Shown piece after piece: positions 18,818 through 28,444 of a DNA stretch of 64,000 bases. Made by a program: the position numbers and the translations under genes. Where the stretch lies: the sequence record PZ379176.1. One strand, written 5' to 3'. Origin of the DNA: a phage. A model generated the notes under the pieces. That model did not search any database and had not been told where the DNA came from. It worked only from the letters and a program-made list of their open reading frames with translations. Position 1 is the first letter of the stretch. Each line of letters opens with the position of its first letter.

Positions 18818-19015
18818 ATGAAAAAGTGGATTGTTCGTGTACATGATAACACGACTGGAGAGTTAGTAGCTGTAGATTTTGTTAAGACTCGAGAGCACGC
18901 ACGTAGGGTCAAAAATCAATACAAGTCTACTTTTAGACTTAATAAGGTTACACTAGGAAAAGCTATCGTGAATAGTGAAGGTGCTTTTTGTGTCAACAGT
19001 AAGGTTTATTACTAA
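18818..19015 (+). CDS. hypothetical protein, tandem paralog 1 of 3
   Basis: Three consecutive 65-69 aa ORFs with ATGA overlaps and shared C-terminal K-V-x-Y-Y pattern. Confidence 0.5.
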   Translation: MKKWIVRVHDNTTGELVAVDFVKTREHARRVKNQYKSTFRLNKVTLGKAIVNSEGAFCVNSKVYY

Positions 19016-19224
19016 TGAGACCAATCACTATGAGAAAATTCTGGTTAGCGAAGATTAAGTGGGCATCAGGTGGTATGACTATGACTGCACTCCCTACTCG
19101 TCAACAAGCTCGAGATTTTAAAAAGACTATGCTTACTGGTGACGTGGTTAATAGTATCAGCATCCATAAGGCCAAGGAGTATTCTTCTGGTCGTGTTTAT
19201 ATCAGCGGAAAGGTACATTACTAA
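19015..19224 (+). CDS. hypothetical protein, tandem paralog 2 of 3
   Basis: As above. Confidence 0.5.
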   Translation: MRPITMRKFWLAKIKWASGGMTMTALPTRQQARDFKKTMLTGDVVNSISIHKAKEYSSGRVYISGKVHY

Positions 19225-19433
19225 TGAAAAAGATGTGGGCTATTCATGTTGTTTGGGATCTTGAGCAACACATGAGAAAAGATAACATCAAATTGTTTGA
19301 CACTCGCAAAGAGGCTCGTATTGCTAAGAAACAGTTGAAGACTCTGGGCACAATAGTAAAAAGCGCTGACATACATCGCTGGTATGAAGACCCTAACACT
19401 GGTTCTTTTATGTCTAAAGTAATTTACTACTGA
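19224..19433 (+). CDS. hypothetical protein, tandem paralog 3 of 3
   Basis: As above. Confidence 0.5.
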   Translation: MKKMWAIHVVWDLEQHMRKDNIKLFDTRKEARIAKKQLKTLGTIVKSADIHRWYEDPNTGSFMSKVIYY

Positions 19434-19505
19434 TTGGTAGTAGATATGATAACTCTCAAATGTATATAGAGTACAATAAGAATTTGTATTTTACAGGAGA
19501 GAGTT

Positions 19506-19835
19506 ATGTTAGATTTGAGTAAAGTGGCCCCGCCCACTGAAGAGATTACAAAATCCAAGGTGATGCAACAGTTTTATCATCGTGATATGCTTGGTCGCTT
19601 TATCAAGAATCGTGATGTTGTTGCTTGGTCTATTGGTAATCAGGGATATCTGTTGAAGGTTCTTCAGGTTACAGGTTCAACTGCTAAGCGAGTTAAGGTG
19701 TATGACCCTGAAATGGGGCGTTCTAAGTCAGTAGACCCACAGAACTGCATCGTAATTACCCAGCAGGTAATGGATAATATTGCACGTAACGTTGCTAACT
19801 CAGTTGAACTTGATGGAGAAAACCCAAATGCATAA
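19506..19835 (+). CDS. hypothetical protein
   Basis: ORF track; GGAGAG RBS. Confidence 0.45.
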   Translation: MLDLSKVAPPTEEITKSKVMQQFYHRDMLGRFIKNRDVVAWSIGNQGYLLKVLQVTGSTAKRVKVYDPEMGRSKSVDPQNCIVITQQVMDNIARNVANSVELDGENPNA

Positions 19836-20391
19836 GAATGTTTTTGATTTACCTGAGATTGGTCGTGACAGCTATAGCATGTTAGACCGGTCCGACCTAT
19901 CAATCTCTCGCCTTGAAACAATGCAAGGCATGATTAGTGGAAACAGCCTAGAACACATCCTGAGCTGCTTACAAGCTAACATGGAACTCTTGCATATCAA
20001 AGCTAAAAACTACCACTGGAACGTCTCTGGTGCAGGATTTCAGGGTGTTCATGGTATGTTTGATGAGCTGGAAGATTACGCACGACAGGTAGGAGATCGT
20101 ATTGCTGAACGTATGCGTTACCACTGTGTTAAAGTGGATGCTACAGCAGCTAATTATCTTTCTCATGCTTGGTTCTCAGAGGGGAATGCTGATCTAGACA
20201 TGGACGGTATGCTCTCTGATATGTGCATGACCTTGATGTGTATTATTGAGAAGATGGATGAGTTTGATGGTGATTTAGCCTCCTACCCTGTCGATCAGAG
20301 TATGCTTCAAGAAATTAATGAAGGTCTTGGCAAGTATTGCTACTTCGTCAAGAGCAACATGTCCCATTCAAGTGGTGACGTGTCTTACTAA
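19828..20391 (+). CDS. Dps-like ferritin-superfamily protein
   Basis: Track ORF 19780..20391 trimmed to ATG 19828 (GGAGAA RBS); LQANMELLHIKAKNYHWNVSGAGFQGVHGMFDE and DRIAER match the Dps di-iron region. Confidence 0.55.
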   Translation: MHKNVFDLPEIGRDSYSMLDRSDLSISRLETMQGMISGNSLEHILSCLQANMELLHIKAKNYHWNVSGAGFQGVHGMFDELEDYARQVGDRIAERMRYHCVKVDATAANYLSHAWFSEGNADLDMDGMLSDMCMTLMCIIEKMDEFDGDLASYPVDQSMLQEINEGLGKYCYFVKSNMSHSSGDVSY

Positions 20392-20451
20392 AACCTCCGC
20401 CCTGTCTCCTAACCCGAGGTGGGGCGAACTTATTTATAAGGATATAGATAT

Positions 20452-20631
20452 ATGTTATCAGCAATCGTATGGGGTATTTGGGCTATCTTTATCGGTGGTG
20501 GTATTTATTGGGCTTCTGGTAAGCTTATTGAAGAAACTCCTGATAAGAAAGGTGAGATTCAAACAGCATCAACCATCATGGTTATCGTAGCTGTTGTTAT
20601 CCCATTCCTGCTTCACCTCCTGACTGCATAA
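20452..20631 (+). CDS. small membrane protein (59 aa, two hydrophobic helices), not in ORF track
   Basis: AAGGA RBS then ATG 20452; fills the gap between Dps-like gene and thioredoxin gene. Confidence 0.4.
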   Translation: MLSAIVWGIWAIFIGGGIYWASGKLIEETPDKKGEIQTASTIMVIVAVVIPFLLHLLTA

Positions 20632-20639
20632 GGATTTAC

Positions 20640-20915
20640 ATGTCTAAAGTAATTAAGTTTTATAGTGATCAGTGTGCTCCATGTAAAGCAATGGCTCCTA
20701 CCTTTGAGAAGGTTGTTAAGGAGTTTGATGTAGAAGTGGAAGAGATTAACATCCTTGAAGGTGATGGTCGTGAACAAGCTGTTAAGTATGGTGTACGAAG
20801 CATCCCTGCTTTTGTTGTGCCTGACCGTAACAGTGGTGCACACTACAGCCTCTCCGGTATGCAGACTGAAGCAAACCTGAAAGCATTTTTGGACACAGCC
20901 CTGAGAAATAAGTAA
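20640..20915 (+). CDS. thioredoxin/glutaredoxin-fold protein
   Basis: CAPC active-site motif near N-terminus; AAGGA RBS. Confidence 0.6.
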   Translation: MSKVIKFYSDQCAPCKAMAPTFEKVVKEFDVEVEEINILEGDGREQAVKYGVRSIPAFVVPDRNSGAHYSLSGMQTEANLKAFLDTALRNK

Positions 20916-20930
20916 TAAGGATATTCACGG

Positions 20931-21587
20931 ATGAATGAACAACTACAAGCAACATTAATCGAAGCTATGGGAAGTGATCGTAGCGTAGTAAACGCAGCTC
21001 GAGTTTCCTTTGGCGTAACCCGTGAAGGTGATTTAAATGAACGTGATGAACGTCTCATCAACTTCCTCGCAAGAGAGAAGCATGTTACCCCATTCCGACA
21101 CCCGCAAGTCAGTTTCCGATGCAAAGCACCTATCGCAATTGCAAGACAGTTGGGCAAGCATCAGGTTGGATTCTCGTGGAACGAAATGTCCCGGCGGTAT
21201 AAAGATGGAGCAGTTGAAGTCTTCATCCCTAAAGAGATTTTTGCGAGACCTTCGGACCTCCATGCAGGTTCAGGGATTCAACTCATCGACGGAGAGCGAG
21301 CTGAAGCATTAATGTTAATTAACGATGCATATGAAGCTTCTCTAGCAGCATATGACAAGTTGATTGAGTTTATTGCACCAGAGCAAGCTCGATTTGTTCT
21401 TCCTCAGGGGATGATCACTGAGTGGGTGTGGACCGGTTCTTTGTATGGCTGGTTTGAGTTGTGTCGTCAGCGACTCTCCTCTCACGCTCAATATGAAGTT
21501 CGAGTGTTTGCTAAATCTGTAGACGAAGAGATGTCTAAGATCTACCCAATCTCGTGGGCAGCTCTGAAGAAAACATTGGAGATTTAA
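20931..21587 (+). CDS. thyX: flavin-dependent thymidylate synthase (ThyX-like)
   Basis: N-terminal SDRSVVNAARVSFG and ThyX-motif-like KHQVGFSWNEMSRRY. Confidence 0.7.
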   Translation: MNEQLQATLIEAMGSDRSVVNAARVSFGVTREGDLNERDERLINFLAREKHVTPFRHPQVSFRCKAPIAIARQLGKHQVGFSWNEMSRRYKDGAVEVFIPKEIFARPSDLHAGSGIQLIDGERAEALMLINDAYEASLAAYDKLIEFIAPEQARFVLPQGMITEWVWTGSLYGWFELCRQRLSSHAQYEVRVFAKSVDEEMSKIYPISWAALKKTLEI

Positions 21588-21733
21588 TATTGGAAGAAGA
21601 TGACGACGTGTTCTGTACCAAGTGCGGAATGACAGTGGATGATGCATATGACCCAAGTGTAGAAATTTGTCCATGTTGCGGGGTATGTGAGTATTGCTGT
21701 TCTCATAATCCAGAGGATTAGCAGGAATTTCTG

Positions 21734-21967
21734 ATGAAAATCAAACATATTACAGATATTCAGGAGGCATTTAGGATGCTTCCTCGAAGAGAGAAGGATA
21801 AGATTAAAAAGCTTATTCAAGTTTATGGTCATACATCTAAAGATGATGTAGACTATATGCCTTCTACTTTCGTAGAGTGTGGGATTGCTCGCGGTTTCAC
21901 ATTCGACCATAAAGTATTTCAGCAATTCGTTGACCACTGGAGAAAAGATGGAAAAGAAAGTCTGTAG
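21734..21967 (+). CDS. hypothetical protein
   Basis: ORF track. Confidence 0.4.
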   Translation: MKIKHITDIQEAFRMLPRREKDKIKKLIQVYGHTSKDDVDYMPSTFVECGIARGFTFDHKVFQQFVDHWRKDGKESL

Positions 21968-22133
21968 CTTCTGTAAGAAAGAGAAACCTATCGCCAACTT
22001 CAAACCTAACCCTGTAACCGGTCTGACCCATGTCATGTGCCACTCTTGCAGGATATATCTTGAAACAAAGCACACTATCAATAGGTTGCACTATTATCAC
22101 CCAACAACATTCAAATTTAAGGTTGTGAAATGA
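21948..22133 (+). CDS. small zinc-ribbon-like protein (CxxC...CxxC)
   Basis: Track ORF 21879..22133 trimmed to ATG 21948; CSFC and CHSC pairs. Confidence 0.4.
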   Translation: MEKKVCSFCKKEKPIANFKPNPVTGLTHVMCHSCRIYLETKHTINRLHYYHPTTFKFKVVK

Positions 22134-22453
22134 TTGACAGTAATACATTTAGGACTTCAAATGGAAGTGAAATAAGTCCCGCTGAAGTAATCAATCGGCA
22201 TAGAAGGCAATTGATCATCCATTCCTATTTGTATTACTGGTTGGATGACCCTATCTGGTCTGATGATAAATGGCAACAAGTTGCTAATGATCTAGTGGAG
22301 CTGCAAGCTCTGTATCCAGAACCTACTGGAGTCTTTGACAACGAGTTTAAAGATTGGGATGGTTCTACAGGTATGCATCTCCCACATAACGAAGCTGTTG
22401 CTTGTATGGCGACAGCTGTTTACAGACTTCATAAAGAGGTTAACGTCGCATGA
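22130..22453 (+). CDS. hypothetical protein
   Basis: ORF track. Confidence 0.4.
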   Translation: MIDSNTFRTSNGSEISPAEVINRHRRQLIIHSYLYYWLDDPIWSDDKWQQVANDLVELQALYPEPTGVFDNEFKDWDGSTGMHLPHNEAVACMATAVYRLHKEVNVA

Positions 22454-22650
22454 GCGTAGTTTATGTTCTAGAAAGATACGCTGAAGATCACAACAGTATT
22501 GTTGCCATATTTAAACATGCCCCGGATGTTGAGGACATTTTGAATGTGACTCACTTAACTGATGTTGATAAAATCAAAGACCTCATCAGGAATGACAATG
22601 CCCACATAGGTGACTCTCTGTGGTCTCTTACTGAATGGACATTGTGGTGA
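22450..22650 (+). CDS. hypothetical protein
   Basis: ORF track. Confidence 0.4.
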   Translation: MSVVYVLERYAEDHNSIVAIFKHAPDVEDILNVTHLTDVDKIKDLIRNDNAHIGDSLWSLTEWTLW

Positions 22651-22832
22651 AGTGCTCTAAATGTGAAGGAACAAACCTTCATTTAAGTAACAAGGTTATC
22701 AGAGAGCTTGCTAAAGGCTCTCCAACCAAAGGGAAGAACAAACGATTTACTAACGTCAGGGTTTATACAGCAATCTGTAAAGACTGCTTAACTACTGAGT
22801 GTCATTACGAAGAAATTGGAGAGCGTAAATGA
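22635..22832 (+). CDS. small Cys-rich protein
   Basis: CSKC and CKDC pairs. Confidence 0.4.
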   Translation: MDIVVKCSKCEGTNLHLSNKVIRELAKGSPTKGKNKRFTNVRVYTAICKDCLTTECHYEEIGERK

Positions 22833-23566
22833 GTCGTCGTCAATCACGGAAAGAATCACGGAAAGACCTTCGTCGGGAAGCACTTGTTACTCGTAAAGGT
22901 AAGCGAGAGTATGAAGAGGTGGTTTTAGCAAAGCCTGTAGTCCCTCAGAACCAGTTTCAGTCTGAGCTACTCAATGCTATTAAGACTAAACAAGTTGTGT
23001 TCACAGACGCTCCTGCGGGCTGTGGTAAGACCTTTGTAATCACTTCCACAGTTATTGATGCACTGAAGAGCGGTAAGATTCAGAAGATCATTCTGAGTCG
23101 CCCTTCGGTTGGCATGGGCAACTCTCTTGGGTTACTTCCGGGAGGAATGCGTGAGAAGTTTGAACCATACCTGATGCCTATCATTGATGTTATTACTCAG
23201 CGATATGGTAAGGGATTCTATGAATGCCAAATCGGAAATGGTAACATTGAGTTTGTACCTCTGGAATATCTCCGTGGTCGTTCTTTCAATGATGCTATTG
23301 TTATTGTTGATGAGTTCCAGAACACAACTAAGGATGAAGCCTTCTCCATCATGACTCGATTGGGAGAAACCTCTCAATTGTTCTGTATGGGTGATACAAA
23401 CCAGCATGATATGCGTGGTCGCGAGAGTGGTCTAACTTGGGCTACTAACTTTATTGATGAACACGATCTGTATGAGTTTGCTGAGATTGTAGATGGTGAA
23501 TCAGATGATATTGTTCGTTCTGGTTTCTGTAAGGCGATTGTTAAAGCAATGGAAAAGAAAGCTTAA
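22829..23566 (+). CDS. PhoH-like ATPase
   Basis: Walker A APAGCGKT, Walker B IVIVDEFQN. Confidence 0.7.
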   Translation: MSRRQSRKESRKDLRREALVTRKGKREYEEVVLAKPVVPQNQFQSELLNAIKTKQVVFTDAPAGCGKTFVITSTVIDALKSGKIQKIILSRPSVGMGNSLGLLPGGMREKFEPYLMPIIDVITQRYGKGFYECQIGNGNIEFVPLEYLRGRSFNDAIVIVDEFQNTTKDEAFSIMTRLGETSQLFCMGDTNQHDMRGRESGLTWATNFIDEHDLYEFAEIVDGESDDIVRSGFCKAIVKAMEKKA

Positions 23567-23577
23567 ACAGTAACTTA

Positions 23578-23586
23578 TAATGTATA
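23578..23586 (+). promoter_or_regulatory. TAATGTATA motif about 37 nt upstream of gene 23623; candidate phage-sigma promoter element
   Basis: Exact 9-mer; the same 9-mer recurs upstream of other genes on both strands. Confidence 0.4.
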
Positions 23587-23622
23587 CTCCTTAGTGTACA
23601 CTGATATATTAAGGAGTTCTAA

Positions 23623-23937
23623 ATGGCAGATCATGTAGGAAAGAGAGATTATGCACAAGAAAGACGTACCGCAATTGCCCGTGGTGAAACAGGCGTTGGG
23701 AGCAAGAGCGGAGATGCTCAGCGCCACCGTGCACGTCGCATCGTTGAAAAGCGCGATGGAAAAGCTGCTGTCAGAGGTAAAGACGTTGGACACAAACGAG
23801 CTGTCAAGTCTGGAGGCTCTAATGCGTCAAGCAACTTACGTGTTGAATCAGTCAGCTCAAACCGTTCAAACGGCGGCAAAAGTGGTGATCGAGCTGGAAA
23901 AGCAGCTGGAGCACGCAAAGGAGCTTTAAGCTCATAA
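23623..23937 (+). CDS. small basic Lys/Arg/Gly-rich protein
   Basis: Strong AAGGAG RBS 7 nt upstream of ATG 23623; preferred over overlapping track ORF 23651..23929. Confidence 0.4.
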   Translation: MADHVGKRDYAQERRTAIARGETGVGSKSGDAQRHRARRIVEKRDGKAAVRGKDVGHKRAVKSGGSNASSNLRVESVSSNRSNGGKSGDRAGKAAGARKGALSS

Positions 23938-23947
23938 AGAGGTTATA

Positions 23948-24241
23948 GTGTCAGCAGAAACAAAAAGATGTACAATTCACACTTATTGTAAATTCTGTAA
24001 AGCAGAGGGTGTAAAAAGAGTTGCAACTTTAATGACCAAGTATTCTCCAAGTAGAGGATACAGGGACCACTATAAGCACTACTCTTGTAGTGATCACTCC
24101 TATCTATTAGAAGATACAGACCCGAATAGAACAAGGAGAGAGCATAACATTGACCTGAGAGCTACTCTCAAGGAAATGAAAAATAACTCTCGAAACAACC
24201 ATTACACTGAAGCTGACTATCAAACTTGGCTTCGTCTCTAG
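23948..24241 (+). CDS. hypothetical Cys/His-rich protein
   Basis: ORF track; followed by hairpin and T-run. Confidence 0.4.
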   Translation: MSAETKRCTIHTYCKFCKAEGVKRVATLMTKYSPSRGYRDHYKHYSCSDHSYLLEDTDPNRTRREHNIDLRATLKEMKNNSRNNHYTEADYQTWLRL

Positions 24242-24310
24242 AACAAAGGCTGCCTAATCAGGTGGCCTTTTCTTTTATATAAACCAAATTAAACTTCTTA
24301 GGTAATAAAT

Positions 24311-24565
24311 ATGTCTATTGTAAAAATCGTAAATATCATTGATGTAACTCGTACCGGTAAAACTATCAGTTGGAAATTCACCAATAAGCATAGAGGTTCA
24401 GAGAACATCATTCGTTCTATGATTCAACAAAACCCAAATACAGCTCGCACTAACGTACTCCTTCGAGGAGCTGATGGAAAATTTATCTCTTATAAGAATA
24501 AGAACGTAGAAAAATCTTTCCGTGTTGCAGTAGAAAATCTCATCCCATTCCCTAAAGGAGTTTAA
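24311..24565 (+). CDS. hypothetical protein, tandem paralog 1 of 2
   Basis: Shares GKFISY...PFP(K/R)G C-terminal pattern with next ORF. Confidence 0.5.
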   Translation: MSIVKIVNIIDVTRTGKTISWKFTNKHRGSENIIRSMIQQNPNTARTNVLLRGADGKFISYKNKNVEKSFRVAVENLIPFPKGV

Positions 24566-24566
24566 T

Positions 24567-24851
24567 ATGAATAAGTTAGCTATGGTTCAAATTCGGGACA
24601 CATACCCTAACCGCCCGGAGCAGAAACCGCGTACTTGGTCTTATCTGTTAGCTGAAAGTAAGACTATTGACAAATACGCTGTAGGGATTGATGCTATTCC
24701 AACTAGTATCACATTGCTCCCTCACAAAACAGCCAGAACCCATGTGATGTTACGTGATAGCAAAGGTAAGTTTATCTCTTATCGTGATTCACGAATCAAT
24801 AATGAGATTAAATCTGCTATGGAATTTTTGATGCCATTCCCAAGAGGTTGA
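24567..24851 (+). CDS. hypothetical protein, tandem paralog 2 of 2
   Basis: As above. Confidence 0.5.
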   Translation: MNKLAMVQIRDTYPNRPEQKPRTWSYLLAESKTIDKYAVGIDAIPTSITLLPHKTARTHVMLRDSKGKFISYRDSRINNEIKSAMEFLMPFPRG

Positions 24852-25014
24852 GTGATGAAAGAATACATTTACGTAGGACAGCGCTGGTTCGGCGATGAAT
24901 GGGAAGGCGGATACAGCGTTGTGAAAGCTTTTAAGTCGGAAGAAGATGCCAAGTCATGGGTCTTAAAAGACGATGTTGGCGAGAGAACTTACATTGAAGT
25001 AGAGGTGGAGTAGG

Positions 25015-25437
25015 ATGCCATTACCAGCTAGATATCCAAACCGTTTCTTAGTTCTCAAGTGGGATGATATCGAAATGAATCTCACTGAACATGAACTGGA
25101 TTTGTTCCATGAATTATTATCAGAAATTCGCTCTGGTATTCCTGAACGTCAGTATGTGGTTATCAGTGATAAACACCCTCAAGAGTTTGAAGAGGCTTGG
25201 GGTATGAAGCTGGCTTATATTCAGAGAGCTATTCAAGAAAGAGAAGAAGTTGCCAATCAGAGGGTTGTGGCTCATTTAGTACGAGAGCAACCTCGTGAAG
25301 CTAGGGCTAACCATGCACCACCTCCACCCCCTCCTTGGACAGTTGTCAACGGGACGGTTAGGGCTTATAGTGATGAAGCTACCATGTTGAATGTAGTAGA
25401 AGATAACCAAGCCTTTACAGATTTACTTTACCAATAA
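25015..25437 (+). CDS. hypothetical protein with poly-proline stretch
   Basis: ORF track; PPPPPPW segment. Confidence 0.45.
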   Translation: MPLPARYPNRFLVLKWDDIEMNLTEHELDLFHELLSEIRSGIPERQYVVISDKHPQEFEEAWGMKLAYIQRAIQEREEVANQRVVAHLVREQPREARANHAPPPPPPWTVVNGTVRAYSDEATMLNVVEDNQAFTDLLYQ

Positions 25438-25453
25438 TTTAAAGGAGTATAAA

Positions 25454-26179
25454 GTGAGCAACCCGGACGCTCTTCCATTTTTGACAGAGATGACTGTCGC
25501 TGATATAATCTCTAAGCAAGCAAAGCACGGAGTGAGTTTCAACCGAAGAAATGCTCGGTGGTATGTTCACCTCCTTAAAGAGATTATTGTTAATATTGAC
25601 AGAGAGTTGATTCCTCTCTTACCTAAGATGAGATTAGATGGCTCTACTTACATGAAGCCATTTAAGAAGTCTGGAGCTTTACAGAAGTGGCCTCAAGCCT
25701 ATTGTGATAGGGTTGGGCTGAAAAGAGAAGATATTGGTGGAGCTTTCACCTGCGTCGAATACGTAGACTTTGACCCATCGAAAGATGCACGAGTTAAAGA
25801 AGCTCTTATGGATGAGGGTTTTCTTCCTCCAGAGTTTAACGTATCTAAGAAGCCTTGGAATACTTTCGAAATTAAGAAAGATATGCGAAAGTATGGAACA
25901 TACCAAGCATGGTATACTGCTTGGATGCGAGGTAATGCTAAGCAAAAGCAGACAGCCGAGATGGTTGACGCTGATATTAAGAAGTTCTTAGAAAAGCATT
26001 TCAGGTTTAAAACTAAGAACTATATGAAGGCTTACGTATTTGGTTTGGGATTAAACCCGAATCGCCGTAATCCTGTAACGTTTGATGAGATTAAGAAAGC
26101 ACTAGCCACATCAAACAAGTGGCCTACAGCTCCTACAAACCTCGAGGAGACTCTTGAAGAAGGGTTAGGGGTGAGCTAG
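25454..26179 (+). CDS. family A DNA polymerase, N-terminal part of polymerase domain
   Basis: Position directly upstream of the palm/fingers ORF; frame stays open into the next ORF's overlap zone 26158-26179. Confidence 0.5.
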   Translation: MSNPDALPFLTEMTVADIISKQAKHGVSFNRRNARWYVHLLKEIIVNIDRELIPLLPKMRLDGSTYMKPFKKSGALQKWPQAYCDRVGLKREDIGGAFTCVEYVDFDPSKDARVKEALMDEGFLPPEFNVSKKPWNTFEIKKDMRKYGTYQAWYTAWMRGNAKQKQTAEMVDADIKKFLEKHFRFKTKNYMKAYVFGLGLNPNRRNPVTFDEIKKALATSNKWPTAPTNLEETLEEGLGVS

Positions 26180-26193
26180 GGAGTGTCGGAAGT

Positions 26194-27297
26194 TTGCTTA
26201 AGAGACGCGTTGTAGCGGCTCACAGGCTAGGTCTTATCAGTGGACTCATAGCAAAGGAACGCGAAGATGGTAAACTTTCGGCAGAAGCTAACAGCTGCGC
26301 TACGCCGACTTTTCGATTCAAACATCGTATCGTGGTTAATATTCCCTCCCGTGGTCTGTTTGGTCACGAGTGTCGCAGTTTGTTTGAGTCTGACTATAAC
26401 TCAGACAGTGATCACTCTCGTCCTTTCGTTATTACTAACGTTGTTCCTGATGGTTGTTATATACGAAAAGGTACTAACGTAATTTACGAGAAAGGTAAGC
26501 CGGGGAAGAAAGATAAACCTATAGGTGCTTACAAATATTACATACCCGCTGGTAAAGAAGTATTCTTAGGGTATGATGGTTCTGGACTTGAACTTCGTAT
26601 GCTCGCTCACTACCTCATTAAAGAGTGTAGGGATATGCTTGCTGAGGCAATTGAAGAGAACAACCCAGCTAAGAAAGCTCTGGCAGAACGTGGTTTAGCT
26701 TCTGCTATTATGTATCGTGATATTCTCCTTGAAGGTGATATCCACTCCCACAACCAGAAACTTGCTGGTCTTCCTACTCGTGACAACGCTAAGACGTTTA
26801 TCTACGCATTCAACTATGGTGCTGGTGATGCTAAGCTTGGTTCAATTGTAGGTGGTGGGGCTGACGAAGGTTCAGTGATGCGAGCACGTTTCTTAGCAGA
26901 GAACCCATGTATTGCAATCCTCATTGATCGTATGACAGAGAAAGCTGCTCAAGGATACTTGATTGGAGTTGATGGTCGTAAGATTACAATGAGACGGGAT
27001 GCCACTGGTAAGGTTATGGTTCATAAAGCCCTTAACACACTCCTGCAATGTGCTGGTGCTGTTGTTATGAAATATGCTATGATGTTCCTTAACAAGTGGA
27101 TTGAGAAAGATAAGGTTCGTTGTGCTAAGGTAATTGATATGCACGATGAAGGTCAATTCTCAGTAAACCGTAATGATGTACAGAAACTCAAAGAGCACAC
27201 CGAGCTTTGTGTTAAGAAAGCTGGCGAGTATCTGAATATGGAATGTCCTCTGGCATCTGATTGTCAGATTGGACTTAACTGGATGCATACACACTAA
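26194..27297 (+). CDS. family A DNA polymerase, catalytic part
   Basis: Motif A DGSGLELRMLAHY, motif B RDNAKTFIYAFNYGAG, motif C VIDMHDEGQF. Confidence 0.8.
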   Translation: MLKRRVVAAHRLGLISGLIAKEREDGKLSAEANSCATPTFRFKHRIVVNIPSRGLFGHECRSLFESDYNSDSDHSRPFVITNVVPDGCYIRKGTNVIYEKGKPGKKDKPIGAYKYYIPAGKEVFLGYDGSGLELRMLAHYLIKECRDMLAEAIEENNPAKKALAERGLASAIMYRDILLEGDIHSHNQKLAGLPTRDNAKTFIYAFNYGAGDAKLGSIVGGGADEGSVMRARFLAENPCIAILIDRMTEKAAQGYLIGVDGRKITMRRDATGKVMVHKALNTLLQCAGAVVMKYAMMFLNKWIEKDKVRCAKVIDMHDEGQFSVNRNDVQKLKEHTELCVKKAGEYLNMECPLASDCQIGLNWMHTH

Positions 27298-27361
27298 GGT
27301 GAGTGATGAAAGAAACCAATATCATCTACAGAACATTGAGATGTTTAGCTAAAGAGAGGGG

Positions 27362-27670
27362 ATGGAGGATTTCCTCCTCCAATATTATGAAATAGCTAAG
27401 ACTGGAATTTATCCAAAATGGTTTAGTGAAGATCAAGGATTATGCTTCAACTTTCGCTGTTATAAGAGGTATTACTATTTCACAAAGCATTTAGATATTG
27501 ACGACATGAAGAATATGTTTAATCAAGAAAAGTTTTTTGACCCAACATACCCATTCGGATGTGATCAATATTTTAGAGATAGGGAAAACGGGGCACATCA
27601 TAAGAATCCAAAACGACGTGCTTGGATTAAAGATACACTGAAAACTCTATATAATATTGAGGTTGAGTGA
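27362..27670 (+). CDS. hypothetical protein
   Basis: ORF track. Confidence 0.4.
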   Translation: MEDFLLQYYEIAKTGIYPKWFSEDQGLCFNFRCYKRYYYFTKHLDIDDMKNMFNQEKFFDPTYPFGCDQYFRDRENGAHHKNPKRRAWIKDTLKTLYNIEVE

Positions 27671-27861
27671 TGAGTGTTCGTGGTTATTATGAATCTTGGG
27701 CCGTCTTCAGTGGTGGCTCCACTCTCGTAGCGTTAAATGGTCAACTGTGTATCTTTGAGACAGAGAACTTAGCAATAACCAAAGCAGCAGAGCTAGTTCG
27801 AAAGTTTCCAAACAAGACATTCACAGTTAAAATGATAGAAGTACCTGCATTGGTAGAGTGA
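27667..27861 (+). CDS. hypothetical protein
   Basis: ORF track. Confidence 0.4.
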   Translation: MMSVRGYYESWAVFSGGSTLVALNGQLCIFETENLAITKAAELVRKFPNKTFTVKMIEVPALVE

Positions 27862-28404
27862 ATAAATAAGACGAATGAACTATTCTTATTGATTGGTTCG
27901 TAACAAGGAGATTGAAGTGGAAGAGATGCCATCGGATTGGTGTTATCGTCAGAGCGCCATCTGTAATGAACAAGGTCGTCTTGATGAGGCTGAGTTCTAT
28001 CTAGAGCTAGCCGAACTGTGGAAAGAACGAGAGGAGAAAGAGTGATGGAAGGTATTTACCGTAAACCGCCTCCAAAATATAACATCCTTTATACTGATGC
28101 AACAGGCGAGTTTAGAAGTGTGTTAGTTTACACGGATGAAGAACGAAACCAAATGGTTGCTGCTATTGAAGCCAATGGTGGTACAATCATGCGAATTTAT
28201 AACATAACATAAGGAATATCAATGACTGCTTCTGAATTAAAAGAAACCCTATCCACTGAAGAAGGTAAAGCTTTCTTCTTATCTCAAGTACACTCTATGG
28301 GTAAAGATGCCCTTCGCCAAGCAGTCGTTGAGCTTACTGGTGTAGTGATTGACTTGAGTATTGAAAACGAAACACTTGAAGCTAAAGTGAACAGTTAAAT
28401 AAGA

Positions 28405-28430
28405 AGCTGCCTTCGGGCGGCTTTTCTTGT
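28405..28430 (+). terminator. rho-independent terminator
   Basis: AGCTGCC-TTCG-GGCGGCT hairpin (UUCG loop) followed by TTTCTTGT. Confidence 0.6.
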
Positions 28431-28444
28431 CTAAAGGATTTGAC

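Noticed and set aside
20318-20590. 90-aa + strand track ORF overlapping the 3' end of the Dps-like gene
   Set aside because: Alternative-start ORF overlapping the upstream gene by about 70 nt; a different frame (20452-20631) has an RBS-ATG and fills the intergenic gap exactly.
23651-23929. 92-aa ORF overlapping 23623-23937 in another frame
   Set aside because: The 23623 frame has a strong AAGGAG RBS at ideal spacing; only one of the two is likely real.
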